Positions 47,919 through 58,321 of a stretch of DNA of 64,000 nucleotides are shown piece by piece. Numbering within the stretch: position 1 is the first letter of the stretch; the number at the start of each line of letters is the position of its first letter. The position numbers and the translations under genes are program-made. The stretch comes from Pseudomonadota bacterium (GTDB lineage Bacteria > Desulfobacterota > Binatia > Binatales > Binataceae), in contig JAJPJA010000159.1 in the NCBI GenBank assembly GCA_021324455.1, forward strand, positions 39,239 through 103,238. The letters run 5' to 3'. The notes beneath the pieces are model-generated. The model ran no database searches. It saw only the letters and a list, made by a program, of their open reading frames with translations, and was not told the DNA's origin.

Positions 47919-49604
47919 TTACGCCCCGCCGCGCAGGACGCGTCCCGGCATCGGACGCTCCGGATCGATCGTATCCCTGCGCTGCTCGCGGATGACCACG
48001 CCGCCTACCATCACCATCTCGATACCCGAGGGCTCGGAGATCAGCCGGTCGGCGCCGCCGGGCAGATCGTTGACCCGGCGCAGCGGACCCGCGCCCACGG
48101 TCTGCGGATCGAACAGCACCAGGTCGGCCGGCGCCCCCACCGCGATACGTCCGCGGTCGCGCAGGCCGTAAACCTCGGCCGGCCGCGCCGACATCATCCG
48201 CACCGCCTGCGGCAGCGTGAGCGCTCCCTTCTCGCGCACCCAATGACCCAGCACGTAGGTGTAAGCGCACGCGTCGCACAGCTGGCTGGCGTGCGCGCCG
48301 GCGTCGGTCAGACCAAGCATCGCGTCCGGCTGATTGAGCAACTGCGCGACCTTGTCCTCGTCGTCGTTCATTATCGTGATACTGAACAGCGCGGTCAGCC
48401 GCGACGCGATCGACAGGTCCAGCATGAGATCGACCGGATGCATGCGGCGCTCGCGGCTTACTTCCGCCACCGTGCGCTGCTCGATTTGCGGCTCGGTCGG
48501 GCACGAGGAGATCCAGATTCGATCCGGGTCAAGCGCGCGGTTGATGGCGGCTTTGGGACCGTCAACCAGTTCCTTGTAAGCGCGGCGGAACTGCGGGTCG
48601 GCGTAAACCCGCATCTTGCCCTCGACCTCCAAAGCCTCGGATACGGGTTTGAAGATGCGGATATTTTCCAGCGGGAACGGCTCGCGGAAATTGAATTCCA
48701 TCGCCAGCGGACGCGCGGAGAACTGCGGCACCAGCGATACGCCTTCGCCATCCAGCTTGCGCATCCGCTCCAGATGCCCCAGCATCCTGGTCCACTCTTC
48801 GCGACCGGCCAGGAACGAGAAGCTGATTGGACGCCCGTTGCCGCGCGCGATCTGCTCGTATTCGTCGTAGGAAAGACCCTGGCCGGTGGCGACTTCCACC
48901 GTTCCCCGGCCGCTCTCTCCCAACACCGAGGTCAGCGCCGTGATTTCCTCTATCGTGGCGAGACGGCTCGGCACCGGACGCCCCATGTAGCCGATGTGCG
49001 CGAAACCCTTGGAGGTGGCGAAGCCGGCCGCGCCGACCGCCATCGCCTCGCGCACCAGCGCCTGCATCGATCTGATTTCGTCCTCAGTCGCGGCGCGCTC
49101 GTACGCGTCCTCGCCCATCACGTACATGCGGATGGCGGTATGCCCGATTAGGGCCGCGACGTTGATTCCAACGCCGCGCCGCTCAATCGCGTCGAGGTAC
49201 TGCGGAAACGTCTGGAACGGCCATTCGTAGCCCAGCCCCGCCTCCAGCGCCGCCAGGCTCATCCCCTCGACCTTCTCCAGCGTACGCATGATCTGACCGC
49301 GATGCTCGGGGCGGGTGGGCGCCACGCCAAAGCCGCAGTTGCCCATCACCACCGTGGTGACGCCGTGCCACGGCGATACCGTCAGCATGCGATCCCACAT
49401 CACCTGGGCGTCGTAATGCGTATGGATATCGACAAAGCCGGGGGCGACGATCAGGCCGGCGGCGTCGATGGTGCGCCGCGCGGTGCCGGGCGCGCCGCCC
49501 ACCGCGACCATGCGGCCGTTTTTGATTGCGACCGCGCCGCGCACGGCGGCGCGCCCGCTGCCGTCGAGGATTAAGCCGCCGTCGATTTTTACGTCGTAAT
49601 CCAT
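47919..49604 (-). CDS. N-acyl-D-amino-acid deacylase (D-aminoacylase) family amidohydrolase, paralog of 37558..39243
   Basis: DYDVKIDGGLILDGSG, PGFVDIHTHYD. GGGAGG RBS before the ATG at 49604; the 5' ORF-track extension is rejected. Confidence 0.8.
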   Translation of the reverse strand: MDYDVKIDGGLILDGSGRAAVRGAVAIKNGRMVAVGGAPGTARRTIDAAGLIVAPGFVDIHTHYDAQVMWDRMLTVSPWHGVTTVVMGNCGFGVAPTRPEHRGQIMRTLEKVEGMSLAALEAGLGYEWPFQTFPQYLDAIERRGVGINVAALIGHTAIRMYVMGEDAYERAATEDEIRSMQALVREAMAVGAAGFATSKGFAHIGYMGRPVPSRLATIEEITALTSVLGESGRGTVEVATGQGLSYDEYEQIARGNGRPISFSFLAGREEWTRMLGHLERMRKLDGEGVSLVPQFSARPLAMEFNFREPFPLENIRIFKPVSEALEVEGKMRVYADPQFRRAYKELVDGPKAAINRALDPDRIWISSCPTEPQIEQRTVAEVSRERRMHPVDLMLDLSIASRLTALFSITIMNDDEDKVAQLLNQPDAMLGLTDAGAHASQLCDACAYTYVLGHWVREKGALTLPQAVRMMSARPAEVYGLRDRGRIAVGAPADLVLFDPQTVGAGPLRRVNDLPGGADRLISEPSGIEMVMVGGVVIREQRRDTIDPERPMPGRVLRGGA

Positions 49605-49804
49605 GATGACCTCCCGCGGCGCCGGCGCCCGCACTTTTGCCAAGCCCAGATGACTGAATTTACACCGATCGACCGGCCGTAGTGCAAACCTTCGCGAACC
49701 GTCCCGCGAGCGCTGGTATTGTCGCGGCATTTTTGACAAACAGGGAAGAGCACCTTGCAGCGGGCGCATGCCCGTTGCTCGCTGATTCGCCGAAAGACCA
49801 GATC

Positions 49805-52279
49805 ATGGGCAAAGACGCCGTCGCCAAGCAGCAGGAAACCAAACCGCACCCGCAATCGCCGGCGCTGAGTGGAATTCGGATTGTCGAATGCGGCCAGGGA
49901 GTCGCGGCGGCGTTCGCGGCCAAACTGATGGCGCTGCTGGGCGCCGACGTCATTAAAGTCGAACCGCTCCAGGGAGATCTCACGCGCCGTCGCGGTCCGT
50001 TCTTCGACACTCCCGACCCGGACCTGAGCGGCCTGTTCCTGTACCTTAACGCCGACAAGCGCGGCGTAGCGCTGGATCTGACGCGCGCCGAGGACCGCGC
50101 CAAGCTCGACCGTCTGCTGGCGCGCGCCGACATTCTCGTCCATAACATCCCGCCGGCTGAGCGCGGCGCCGCGGCGATGGACAGCGCGCGGCTCTGTGAT
50201 ATGCATCCGCGGCTTATCGTCGCGGCGATCTCGCCCTTCGGCGGCAGCGGACCCTATGCAAACTACCGCGCCTGCGAGATCACGGCGGCGTTCGCGTCGG
50301 GGATGCCGTCGACCGGTCCCGGCTCCTCGCCCTTCCCCGACCTTCCGCCGCTCAAACTGTTCGGTCATCAGGCGGAGTTTCAGACCGGAGTTTACGCGGC
50401 GCTGACCGCGCTCAGCGCTTACTACCATCGGATAGCTCACGGCGGATCCGGCCAATGGATCGACCTGGCGGAACAGGTGTGTCTGGCGGCGATGTCGGAA
50501 TCCACGCTGATCCATTACACCTACAACGGCCGGCGGGCGTCGCGGCTGGGCAAATACGGGTTCGGTCCGCGCACCGTCGCGCCGTGCGCCGACGGATGGA
50601 TCCACATCAATTTTCTGGAGGACGCGCAGTGGGAGCGCCTGATGGAACTGCTGGGCAATCCCGAATGGGGCCGCGAGGAGATCTTCAAGGACCGCTACGC
50701 CAGAGGCGCCAATTCCGACGTACTCGAGCCGATGCTTTCGGAGTTGACGCGCAAGTGGAAAACGCACGAGCTGTTCCTTGCCGCGCAGGCCCGTCGAATA
50801 CCGGTGGCGCCGGTCAACCGCGCCTGCGACGCGTATGCCGATCCTCAACTGCGGTCGCGCGCGTTCTTCGCCCCGCTGCCGATGCCGCCTGAAGCGGGCA
50901 GGAGCGTCGAGGTGCCGACCGTGCCGTTCAAGTCCAACGCGATGACCTACCGGCTGAAGCGGCCGGCGCCAAAGTTGGGCGAACACGACCGGGAAGTTTT
51001 CGAAGAATTGGAAAACGCCGCGCACGAAGCGCCCGCCGCGCCTCCACTCGATCGCCCCGCCGTCCTCCCCGGACCGCTCAGCGGCGTGCGCGTGCTGGAC
51101 TTCAGTTGGGTGTGGGCGGGACCCTTCTGCACCGCGCAGCTTGCATTTCTGGGCGCGGAAGTGATTCGAATCGAAAGCTCCAAACGCCTGTGCGCCACCC
51201 GATGCCTGCCGCCTTTCGTGGACGACAAGCCCGGCCCCAATCGCGCCGGTCCCTTCAACCAATGGAATCACAACAAGCTCAGCGTCGAGCTGAACTTAAG
51301 CCGGCCTGAAGCGGTGGAAATCGCATGCGAACTGGTGCGCCATTGCGACGCCGCGGTGGAGAACTTCGGCCCCGGCGTGATCGACCGGATGGGACTGGGC
51401 TACGACGTGCTGAGCCGCCATAAACCGGACCTGATCATGGTGTCCATGTCGGGTTACGGGCGCAGCGGACCCTACTCCCACTTCGTCAACTACGGTCCGC
51501 AGCTTGGCGCGCAATCGGGCTTGCTGTCGGTCACCGGCTACGCCGGCGACCGTCCGCGCGAGGCGGCGGTCGCCTACAGCGATCCGGCCAGCGGTCTGTT
51601 CGCGTCTCATCTGGTGGCCGCCGCCTTGATTCACAAGCGCCGCACCGGCGCGGGGCAGTACATCGACCTCTCGATGCTCGAAGTGCTGGAGATGGTGCTG
51701 CCGGAGATGCTGCTGCAGCATGCGATGACCGGACGCGATCCTGAGCGCAGCGGCAATCGCGACGCGCTGATGTCGCCGCACAACTGCTACAAGGCTTTGG
51801 GCGACGCGGAAGCATGGGTGAGTATCGCCGTCGGGAACGAAACCGAATGGCGGGCGCTGTGCCAGGCGATGGACCAGCCGATGCTGGCGGACGACCCGCG
51901 TTTCGCCGGCGCCGCGATGCGCAAACGCAACGAAGACGAACTCGATCGCATCATTACGCAATGGACCCGCACGCGCGACCGCTGGGAGATCGCCAAACTG
52001 CTGCAAAGCCGGGGCGTCGCGGCCTTCCCCGCCTTCAACAACCAGGACGTCGCCCAGGATCCGCATCTGCGCGCCCGCGGTTTTCTGGTCGAACCCGAGC
52101 ATGCCGAGGGCGGCCGCCTCACCGAGCCCGGCATCCCCTGGATCATGTCGGCGACGCCGTGCGGCGTGCGCCGCGCGTCACCGCCGCTGGGATGCGATAC
52201 CGAAGACGTGTTGACGCGGCTGCTGGGCTACTCGCGCGAGAAAATCGCGGCGCTGCGCCGCGAGGAGATTGTGATCTGA
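49805..52279 (+). CDS. fused tandem family-III CoA-transferase (two CaiB/BaiF domains in one 824-aa chain)
   Basis: Domain 1 LSGIRIVECGQGVAAAFAAKLMALLGADVIKVEP; domain 2 LSGVRVLDFSWVWAGPFCTAQLAFLGAEVIRIES. Each is followed by a full CaiB-like core and the C-terminal small domain. Confidence 0.8.
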   Translation: MGKDAVAKQQETKPHPQSPALSGIRIVECGQGVAAAFAAKLMALLGADVIKVEPLQGDLTRRRGPFFDTPDPDLSGLFLYLNADKRGVALDLTRAEDRAKLDRLLARADILVHNIPPAERGAAAMDSARLCDMHPRLIVAAISPFGGSGPYANYRACEITAAFASGMPSTGPGSSPFPDLPPLKLFGHQAEFQTGVYAALTALSAYYHRIAHGGSGQWIDLAEQVCLAAMSESTLIHYTYNGRRASRLGKYGFGPRTVAPCADGWIHINFLEDAQWERLMELLGNPEWGREEIFKDRYARGANSDVLEPMLSELTRKWKTHELFLAAQARRIPVAPVNRACDAYADPQLRSRAFFAPLPMPPEAGRSVEVPTVPFKSNAMTYRLKRPAPKLGEHDREVFEELENAAHEAPAAPPLDRPAVLPGPLSGVRVLDFSWVWAGPFCTAQLAFLGAEVIRIESSKRLCATRCLPPFVDDKPGPNRAGPFNQWNHNKLSVELNLSRPEAVEIACELVRHCDAAVENFGPGVIDRMGLGYDVLSRHKPDLIMVSMSGYGRSGPYSHFVNYGPQLGAQSGLLSVTGYAGDRPREAAVAYSDPASGLFASHLVAAALIHKRRTGAGQYIDLSMLEVLEMVLPEMLLQHAMTGRDPERSGNRDALMSPHNCYKALGDAEAWVSIAVGNETEWRALCQAMDQPMLADDPRFAGAAMRKRNEDELDRIITQWTRTRDRWEIAKLLQSRGVAAFPAFNNQDVAQDPHLRARGFLVEPEHAEGGRLTEPGIPWIMSATPCGVRRASPPLGCDTEDVLTRLLGYSREKIAALRREEIVI

Positions 52280-52297
52280 GCCAGCCAGGGAGGCATC

Positions 52298-53521
52298 ATG
52301 CCCAATCAGCGGCATATTCTTGAGGGCTACAAAGTTCTCGACATGACCCAGTTTATCGCCGGTCCAACCCTGACCCGGCTGTTGGCGCAAACCGGCGCTG
52401 AAGTGATCAAGGTGGAGAACACGCCTTACGGCGACCCGACCCGCTTTGCGCCGGTTTACAAGGATGGACATAGCTCGTACTTCAGCCAGCACAATCGCGG
52501 CAAGAAAAGCCTGTGCGTCAACGCCAAGGATCCCGAAGGCAGCAGGATTATCAAGGAGCTGCTGACCAGGGTCGATATTCTGGCCGAGAACTTCACGCCC
52601 GGCGTGATGGCTAAGCTGGGGCTCGACTACCGGACCGTCAGCCGCATCAACCCGCGCATCGTGATGTGTTCCATCTCCACCTTCGGCCAGAACGGTCCGC
52701 TCGCGTTCAAGCCCGGCTTCGATCCGATTGGCGCATGCTATGCCGGCATTGTTTCGATGGTCGGCGAGCCGGACGGTCCGCCCTATCCGCTGCGCACCGC
52801 GATGGGCGACGTTATGACCGCGGTCCACGCCTACGGCGCAATCGGCTACGCGCTGCTGCATCGCGAACGCACCGGGCGCGGTCAGTTCCTGGAAGTAACG
52901 CTGCTCGATTCATACTTCCATTGCCATGAGGAGAGCGTCGTATTAGCCAGTTCCAGCCGCGGCGAGATCAAGCCGCGGCGCGCCGGACTGCATCATGAAA
53001 CGCACTGCCCGGTGGGACTGTTCAAGGGCAGGGAACATTATATTTTCATCATCGCGATTACATTGGAGCAGTGGAAATCGCTGTGCCGGGCGATGGGCAA
53101 GCCGGAGATGGGCGACGATCCGCGCTTCAAGACCGAACCCGGACGCGTCGCGCACAAGCAGTTGATTATCGACGCGATCCAGGGATGGCTGGCGTCGATG
53201 CCCAGCGACGACGCGGCGGTCGCCGCGATGGAGGCCAATCACGTACCGGTCGCGCCGGTGCTCTCGGTGGAAGAGGCGATCGACCATCCGCATCTGCGCC
53301 AGCGCGGCACGGTGCGCACGATTACCGATCCGCTGTTGGGCGAGTACCAGGTGCCGGGGTTTCCATTCCGCTTCTCGGATTTTCCGGATGAGTTGACTTT
53401 GGAAACCCCCACGCTGGGTCAGCATAACGCGGAGATCCTCGAGCGCTACCTGGGCTATTCGCCCGAGCGCATCAGCCAGTTGGAATCCGCGGGAGTGCTG
53501 TGCAGGTATAAGCACAAGTGA
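52298..53521 (+). CDS. family-III CoA-transferase (CaiB/BaiF)
   Basis: LEGYKVLDMTQFIAGPTLTRLLAQTGAEVIKVE. AGGGAGG RBS. Confidence 0.85.
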   Translation: MPNQRHILEGYKVLDMTQFIAGPTLTRLLAQTGAEVIKVENTPYGDPTRFAPVYKDGHSSYFSQHNRGKKSLCVNAKDPEGSRIIKELLTRVDILAENFTPGVMAKLGLDYRTVSRINPRIVMCSISTFGQNGPLAFKPGFDPIGACYAGIVSMVGEPDGPPYPLRTAMGDVMTAVHAYGAIGYALLHRERTGRGQFLEVTLLDSYFHCHEESVVLASSSRGEIKPRRAGLHHETHCPVGLFKGREHYIFIIAITLEQWKSLCRAMGKPEMGDDPRFKTEPGRVAHKQLIIDAIQGWLASMPSDDAAVAAMEANHVPVAPVLSVEEAIDHPHLRQRGTVRTITDPLLGEYQVPGFPFRFSDFPDELTLETPTLGQHNAEILERYLGYSPERISQLESAGVLCRYKHK

Positions 53522-53576
53522 GAACGGACGCGGTTGGCTTCTCCGCAGTCCCCGCCGATTCCTCCCTCGAAACACG

Positions 53577-54287
53577 ATGGCTGAAAAAATCGCAAAGGAG
53601 ACTCTCAAAATGGAAGAAATGGGAATATTCCAGGCCATGCACACCGCCCGCGCGCTGCGGCGGCTCAAACCCGATCCCGTTCCCGATGACCTGATCGCCA
53701 AAGTAATCGACGCCGGCGTGCGGGCGCCGACCGGCAGCAACCTGCAGAACTGGCGCTTCGTGGTGGTAAAGGATGCGCAACTGCGGCGCGAGATCGCGGA
53801 TCTCTATCGCGCGTCGATGGAAATCGCGGGCCGGGCCTACGCCAATCGCAAGCAGCCGCCGCATATGACCAACGACAGGCAAAAAGCGATGATGTCGGCC
53901 GCAACCTATCTGGCTCAGCATTTCGGCGAGGTGCCGGTGCTGATCCTTGCGTGGCTGCAATTCACTCCCGAACAGGAGAACCCCCAGTTGCCGCCCGAGC
54001 ATATGCCGACTTTTGTGCGCCTGAGCGGCGGCAGCATTTTCCCCGCCGTCCAGAATATGATCGTTGCCTGCCGCGCGGTCGGCCTCGGCACCGTTCTGAC
54101 CACGGTTCTGGCCTACAAGGAAGCCGAGGTCAGGAACATCATCAACGCTCCCGCCGACATGCGTCTGTACGCGGCGTTGCCGGTGGGCTATCCGATGGAA
54201 GGCTACGGCCACGGTCCCGTCCGCCGGCTGCCGTTGAGCGATGTAACCTTTCTGGATAGGTACGGAAACAACTGGCCGAAAAAATAA
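53577..54287 (+). CDS. nitroreductase-family flavoprotein
   Basis: RALRRLKPDPVPDDL ... APTGSNLQNWRFVVV nitroreductase N-terminal signature. Confidence 0.75.
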   Translation: MAEKIAKETLKMEEMGIFQAMHTARALRRLKPDPVPDDLIAKVIDAGVRAPTGSNLQNWRFVVVKDAQLRREIADLYRASMEIAGRAYANRKQPPHMTNDRQKAMMSAATYLAQHFGEVPVLILAWLQFTPEQENPQLPPEHMPTFVRLSGGSIFPAVQNMIVACRAVGLGTVLTTVLAYKEAEVRNIINAPADMRLYAALPVGYPMEGYGHGPVRRLPLSDVTFLDRYGNNWPKK

Positions 54288-54462
54288 GCTTCACCCAGTA
54301 AGGTAGTCGAGGAAACGGCGAGGCATTGGAGACCGTGCAAACGCCCTGGCGTCTTCCAATTTTACAACTGTGGATTCCGGGCTGACATGGCGGTTTAGAC
54401 AAACCAGCGCCATCAGCGGTATCCTGCCGCCGTCAGGATCAGTCCAAAGGAAAATTTTCGCG

Positions 54463-55926
54463 ATGCCAGACCGCGTATCGAAATCGGCCCGCATCCGGTC
54501 GCGCCTGAATCATCCCATAATCGATTCCGACGGCCATTGGATCGAATACGAACCGCTGGCGCTGGAATACCTGTCGCGCGTGGGCGGCCCCGCTCTGGTG
54601 CGCCGCTACAAGGAAGTATCGGCACCCTTCGGCGCGCTGGCGCGGATGCCGCTGCAGACGCGCAGGGACAAGCGGATTTCGCAGTTCCCATGGTGGGGGG
54701 TGCCGGCGCGAAATACTCTGGACCGCGCCACCGCGATGATGCCGCGCTTGATGCGCGAGCGGCTGGGCGACATGGGGATGGATTTCGCCGTGGTCTATTC
54801 CACCGGCGGATCGCTGTTCGCGCCGTTTTTGCGCGACGAGGAGGTCCGGCGCGCCGCCTGCTGCGCCTTCAACATTTTTCTCGCCGACACGTTTCGCGAT
54901 TTCTCCGACCGCCTCACGCCCGCCGCCGTGATTCCGATGCATACGCCGCAGGAAGCCATCGCCGAACTGGAGCATGTGAAGGAACTGGGCCTCAAGGTGA
55001 TCATGATGTCCAGCCTGATCCGGCGCCCGGTGCCGGAGGTCGCGCGCAAGGCCCCCGAGTACCTGCGCTATGCGCTGTGGATGGACGTGCTGGGGCTGGA
55101 CAGCGACTATGACTACGACCCGGTGTGGCGCAAATGTATCGAACTCGGTCTGGCGCCCACGTTTCATTCCTCGGTCCAGGGCTACGCGCTGCACAGCTCG
55201 CTGACCAACATGGTATACAACCATATCGGGCACTTCGGCGCGGCCGGCGAGGCCGTGTGCAAGGCGATGTTCCTGGGCGGGGTGACGACGCGCTTCCCGC
55301 GGCTCAGATTCGCTTTTTTGGAAGGCGGCGTCAGTTGGGGATGCCGCCTGTATGCCGACCTGATCGGGCATTGGAAGGTGCGCAACGTCCAGGCGCTGGC
55401 TCATATCGACCCGAAAAATCTCGACCTCGCGCAGTTGACCCGCCTGGTCGGCCAATACGGCAGCGACGCGCTGCGGCAGAAGTTCGATCCGGCGCAGGTG
55501 TCGATGGGCGACAGCGCGCCGGAGCAGCTCGACGATTTCGCGCGCTGCGCCGTTCGCCGCCCCGAAGATATCCGCGACCGCTACGTGCCCAACTTTTTCT
55601 TTGGCTGCGAGGCCGAAGATCCGCTCATCGCGTGGGCCTTCAACTCCAAAGTCAATCCGTACGGCGCGCGGCTCAATGCCGTCCTGGGTTCTGATATCGG
55701 TCATTGGGATGTTCCCGACATGGAGGAGATCGCGGCCGAAGCTTATGCGCCGGTCGAAAACGGCGTCATGTCAGCGGAGGATTTCCGCGACTTCACTTTC
55801 GCCAATCCGGTGAAACTGTGGGCGTCGCTCAATCCCGATTTCTTCACGGGCACGGCGGTCGAAGATGAAGTCGCGCGCGAGCTGGCCAATTTCGATCGCA
55901 ACGCGCAACAGGCCTCTCTCCGATGA
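54463..55926 (+). CDS. amidohydrolase-2 family metal-dependent hydrolase/decarboxylase
   Basis: IIDSDGHWIE N-terminal His motif, TIM-barrel amidohydrolase_2 core, VLGSDIGHWD C-terminal metal-ligand motif. Confidence 0.8.
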   Translation: MPDRVSKSARIRSRLNHPIIDSDGHWIEYEPLALEYLSRVGGPALVRRYKEVSAPFGALARMPLQTRRDKRISQFPWWGVPARNTLDRATAMMPRLMRERLGDMGMDFAVVYSTGGSLFAPFLRDEEVRRAACCAFNIFLADTFRDFSDRLTPAAVIPMHTPQEAIAELEHVKELGLKVIMMSSLIRRPVPEVARKAPEYLRYALWMDVLGLDSDYDYDPVWRKCIELGLAPTFHSSVQGYALHSSLTNMVYNHIGHFGAAGEAVCKAMFLGGVTTRFPRLRFAFLEGGVSWGCRLYADLIGHWKVRNVQALAHIDPKNLDLAQLTRLVGQYGSDALRQKFDPAQVSMGDSAPEQLDDFARCAVRRPEDIRDRYVPNFFFGCEAEDPLIAWAFNSKVNPYGARLNAVLGSDIGHWDVPDMEEIAAEAYAPVENGVMSAEDFRDFTFANPVKLWASLNPDFFTGTAVEDEVARELANFDRNAQQASLR

Positions 55927-57143
55927 ACCCCGGCCAGATGAAGCACGTACTGGACGGTTTTCGCGTCCTCGACATTACGCAGTTCATCGCCGGACCGACG
56001 GCGACACGCTTGCTGGCGCAGATGGGAGCCGAAGTGATCAAGCTGGAGCTCGCGCCCACCGGCGATCGCGCCCGGCTGCTGCCGCTGCTGAAGGACGGAC
56101 GCAGTTCGCATTTCGTCCATCACAACCGCGGCAAGAAGAGCCTGTGCCTGGACCTGAACCAGCCGCAGGCGCTGGAGCTGACCCGGCGGATGGTGGCCAG
56201 GGTCGACGTGCTGGTGGAGAACTTCAGTCCGGGCACGATCGCGCGGATGGGCCTGGGATACGACGCCGTCAGCCGCCTCAATCCGCGCCTGGTGATGTGC
56301 TCGATTTCGACCTTCGGCCAGACCGGCAGACTTGCGTCGCTGACCGGATTCGATTTTATCGGCGCCTCCTATGCCGCCGCGATCAGCGCCTTTAACGCGA
56401 ATCGCGAGGGCCAGCCCATCCTGCCCAACATCCCGATCGGCGACGTGATGACCGGGGTGCATGCGGTGGGCGCCATCGCCTGCGCCCTGCTCTACCGCGA
56501 GCGCACCGGCAAAGGCCAATACCTCGACATCTCGCTGCTCGATTCCTACTTCAACTGCCACGAAGTGGTGACCGCGGATCTGCATCGGCGGCAGCTGGAA
56601 AGCGGGCTGGGCGACGCGCATGGCACCAGTATTGTGCCGATGGCGGTGTTTCGCGGCTCGCGGCATTACATCTGTATCATGGCCCCGCAGGACCATCTGT
56701 GGCGCCGGCTGTGCGACGCGATCGGGCGGCCCGAGTTGGGCACCGATCCGCGCTTTGTCGATCACGCCGCGCGCGCCCGCAACCAAACAGACGTGATCGA
56801 TCTTATCCAGTCGTGGCTGGACGCGACCGAAGAGACGGCCGCGCTGGAGATTCTGGAGAAGCATCATGTGCCCGCGGCGCCGGTGCTGACGCTGGCCGAC
56901 GCGATCCAGGATCCAATCCTGCTGGAACGCGGCACCGTCCGCGCCGCGACCGATCGAATCCTGGGCGAAATCAGGGTTCCCGGCCTGCCGCTGCGATTTT
57001 CCGATTTCCCCGGCGAGATGGATGTGCAGGCGCCGTTTCTGGGCGAGCATAATCGCCAGATTCTCTCCGACTATCTGAACCTGTCCGCCGATGAGATCGC
57101 CGCGCTGGAACGCTCCGGTGTCCTGCAGGAGAAGCCAAATTGA
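55923..57143 (+). CDS. family-III CoA-transferase (CaiB/BaiF)
   Basis: LDGFRVLDITQFIAGPTATRLLAQMGAEVIKLE. ATGA overlap with the upstream gene. Confidence 0.85.
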   Translation: MNPGQMKHVLDGFRVLDITQFIAGPTATRLLAQMGAEVIKLELAPTGDRARLLPLLKDGRSSHFVHHNRGKKSLCLDLNQPQALELTRRMVARVDVLVENFSPGTIARMGLGYDAVSRLNPRLVMCSISTFGQTGRLASLTGFDFIGASYAAAISAFNANREGQPILPNIPIGDVMTGVHAVGAIACALLYRERTGKGQYLDISLLDSYFNCHEVVTADLHRRQLESGLGDAHGTSIVPMAVFRGSRHYICIMAPQDHLWRRLCDAIGRPELGTDPRFVDHAARARNQTDVIDLIQSWLDATEETAALEILEKHHVPAAPVLTLADAIQDPILLERGTVRAATDRILGEIRVPGLPLRFSDFPGEMDVQAPFLGEHNRQILSDYLNLSADEIAALERSGVLQEKPN

Positions 57144-58321
57144 GCCGCTACGGTTTGCGCGGCGCGATGGCGATCGTCGGCGCGGCGGACACCAAAGTCG
57201 GCGCGGTGCCCGAACTGACCAGCGCCCAGTTGCAGACCGAGGCGGCGCGGCTGGCGCTGGCTGACGCCGCAATCAGCAAGGATCGAATCGACGGCCTGAT
57301 CACCTGCAACGCCAGCGTCGAGCGCGGTCCGCTGAAGACGTTTCACGCCGAGATGGTGGCCGAACTGCTCGGCATCGCACCCCGCTTTTGTCTGACCGGA
57401 GCGGTCGGCGGCGCGCTGCCGGTCCTGATGATGGAGCATGCGGCGGCGGCCATCGCGGCCGGCTTGTGCCATACCGTGCTGCTGATCTCCGCGGACAACA
57501 TCCTGTCGGCCGCCAAGCGCCGCGCCGCGGTTCCCGAGCCGTGGGACGACCCTCAGTTCGAAGAACCCTACGGCCCGACCACGCCCGCGATGTATGCGCT
57601 CATCGCGCGCGCGCATATGCATCGGTTCGGCACCACCAGCGAGCAGTTCGCGGCCGTGGCCGTGGCCTGCCGCAGACACGCGTCGATGAATCCGGGCGCG
57701 CACAAGCGCGAACCAATCGCGCTTGCCGACGTGCTCAATTCGCGCATGATCGCCGACCCGCTGCATCTGCTGGATTGCAGCCTGGTGTCCGACGGCGGCG
57801 CCGCGATCGTGATGACCGCCGCCCAACGGGCCCGCGATTTCCCCAATCCGCCGGTGTATTTTCTGGGCGCCGGCGAGGCTCATCCGTATCTAAGCCTGCT
57901 GCATGCCGACAGCCTGACGCATTCGGGGGCGATCCAATCCGGCCGCCAGGCTTACGCCGCGGCGGGCGTCGCGCCGCGCGATATCGACCTCGCTTTCGTT
58001 TATGACGCCTTCACCCCGATGGCGATCATTTACCTGGAAGATTTGGGCTTCTGTCCCAAGGGCGAAGGCGGCCGCTTTGTTGAGGGCGGCAATATCGAGC
58101 TGGGAGGACCGCTTCCGATCAATACGCACGGCGGATTGCTGTCGTATTGCCATGCGGGACTGGCCAATTCGATTTTTCACATTACCGAGGCGGTGCGGCA
58201 GTTGCGCGGCGGATGCGGCGCGCGCCAGGTAAACGGAGCGAAGCTGGCAATAATCCACGGGCAGGGCGGCCGCGCCTCCACCCATGGCACGGCGATTTTG
58301 GGAACCGCGGAGACCCTGTGA
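57140..58321 (+). CDS. SCP-x-type thiolase-like protein (DUF35-partnered)
   Basis: AIVGAADTKVG, catalytic-Cys region and C-terminal GGLLSYCHAGLANS. TTG start overlapping the upstream stop. Confidence 0.8.
   Translation: MSRYGLRGAMAIVGAADTKVGAVPELTSAQLQTEAARLALADAAISKDRIDGLITCNASVERGPLKTFHAEMVAELLGIAPRFCLTGAVGGALPVLMMEHAAAAIAAGLCHTVLLISADNILSAAKRRAAVPEPWDDPQFEEPYGPTTPAMYALIARAHMHRFGTTSEQFAAVAVACRRHASMNPGAHKREPIALADVLNSRMIADPLHLLDCSLVSDGGAAIVMTAAQRARDFPNPPVYFLGAGEAHPYLSLLHADSLTHSGAIQSGRQAYAAAGVAPRDIDLAFVYDAFTPMAIIYLEDLGFCPKGEGGRFVEGGNIELGGPLPINTHGGLLSYCHAGLANSIFHITEAVRQLRGGCGARQVNGAKLAIIHGQGGRASTHGTAILGTAETL

Noticed and set aside
54439-55704. 421-aa minus-strand ORF
   Set aside because: Antisense to the amidohydrolase-2 gene, whose sense frame carries the conserved His/Asp metal-ligand motifs.
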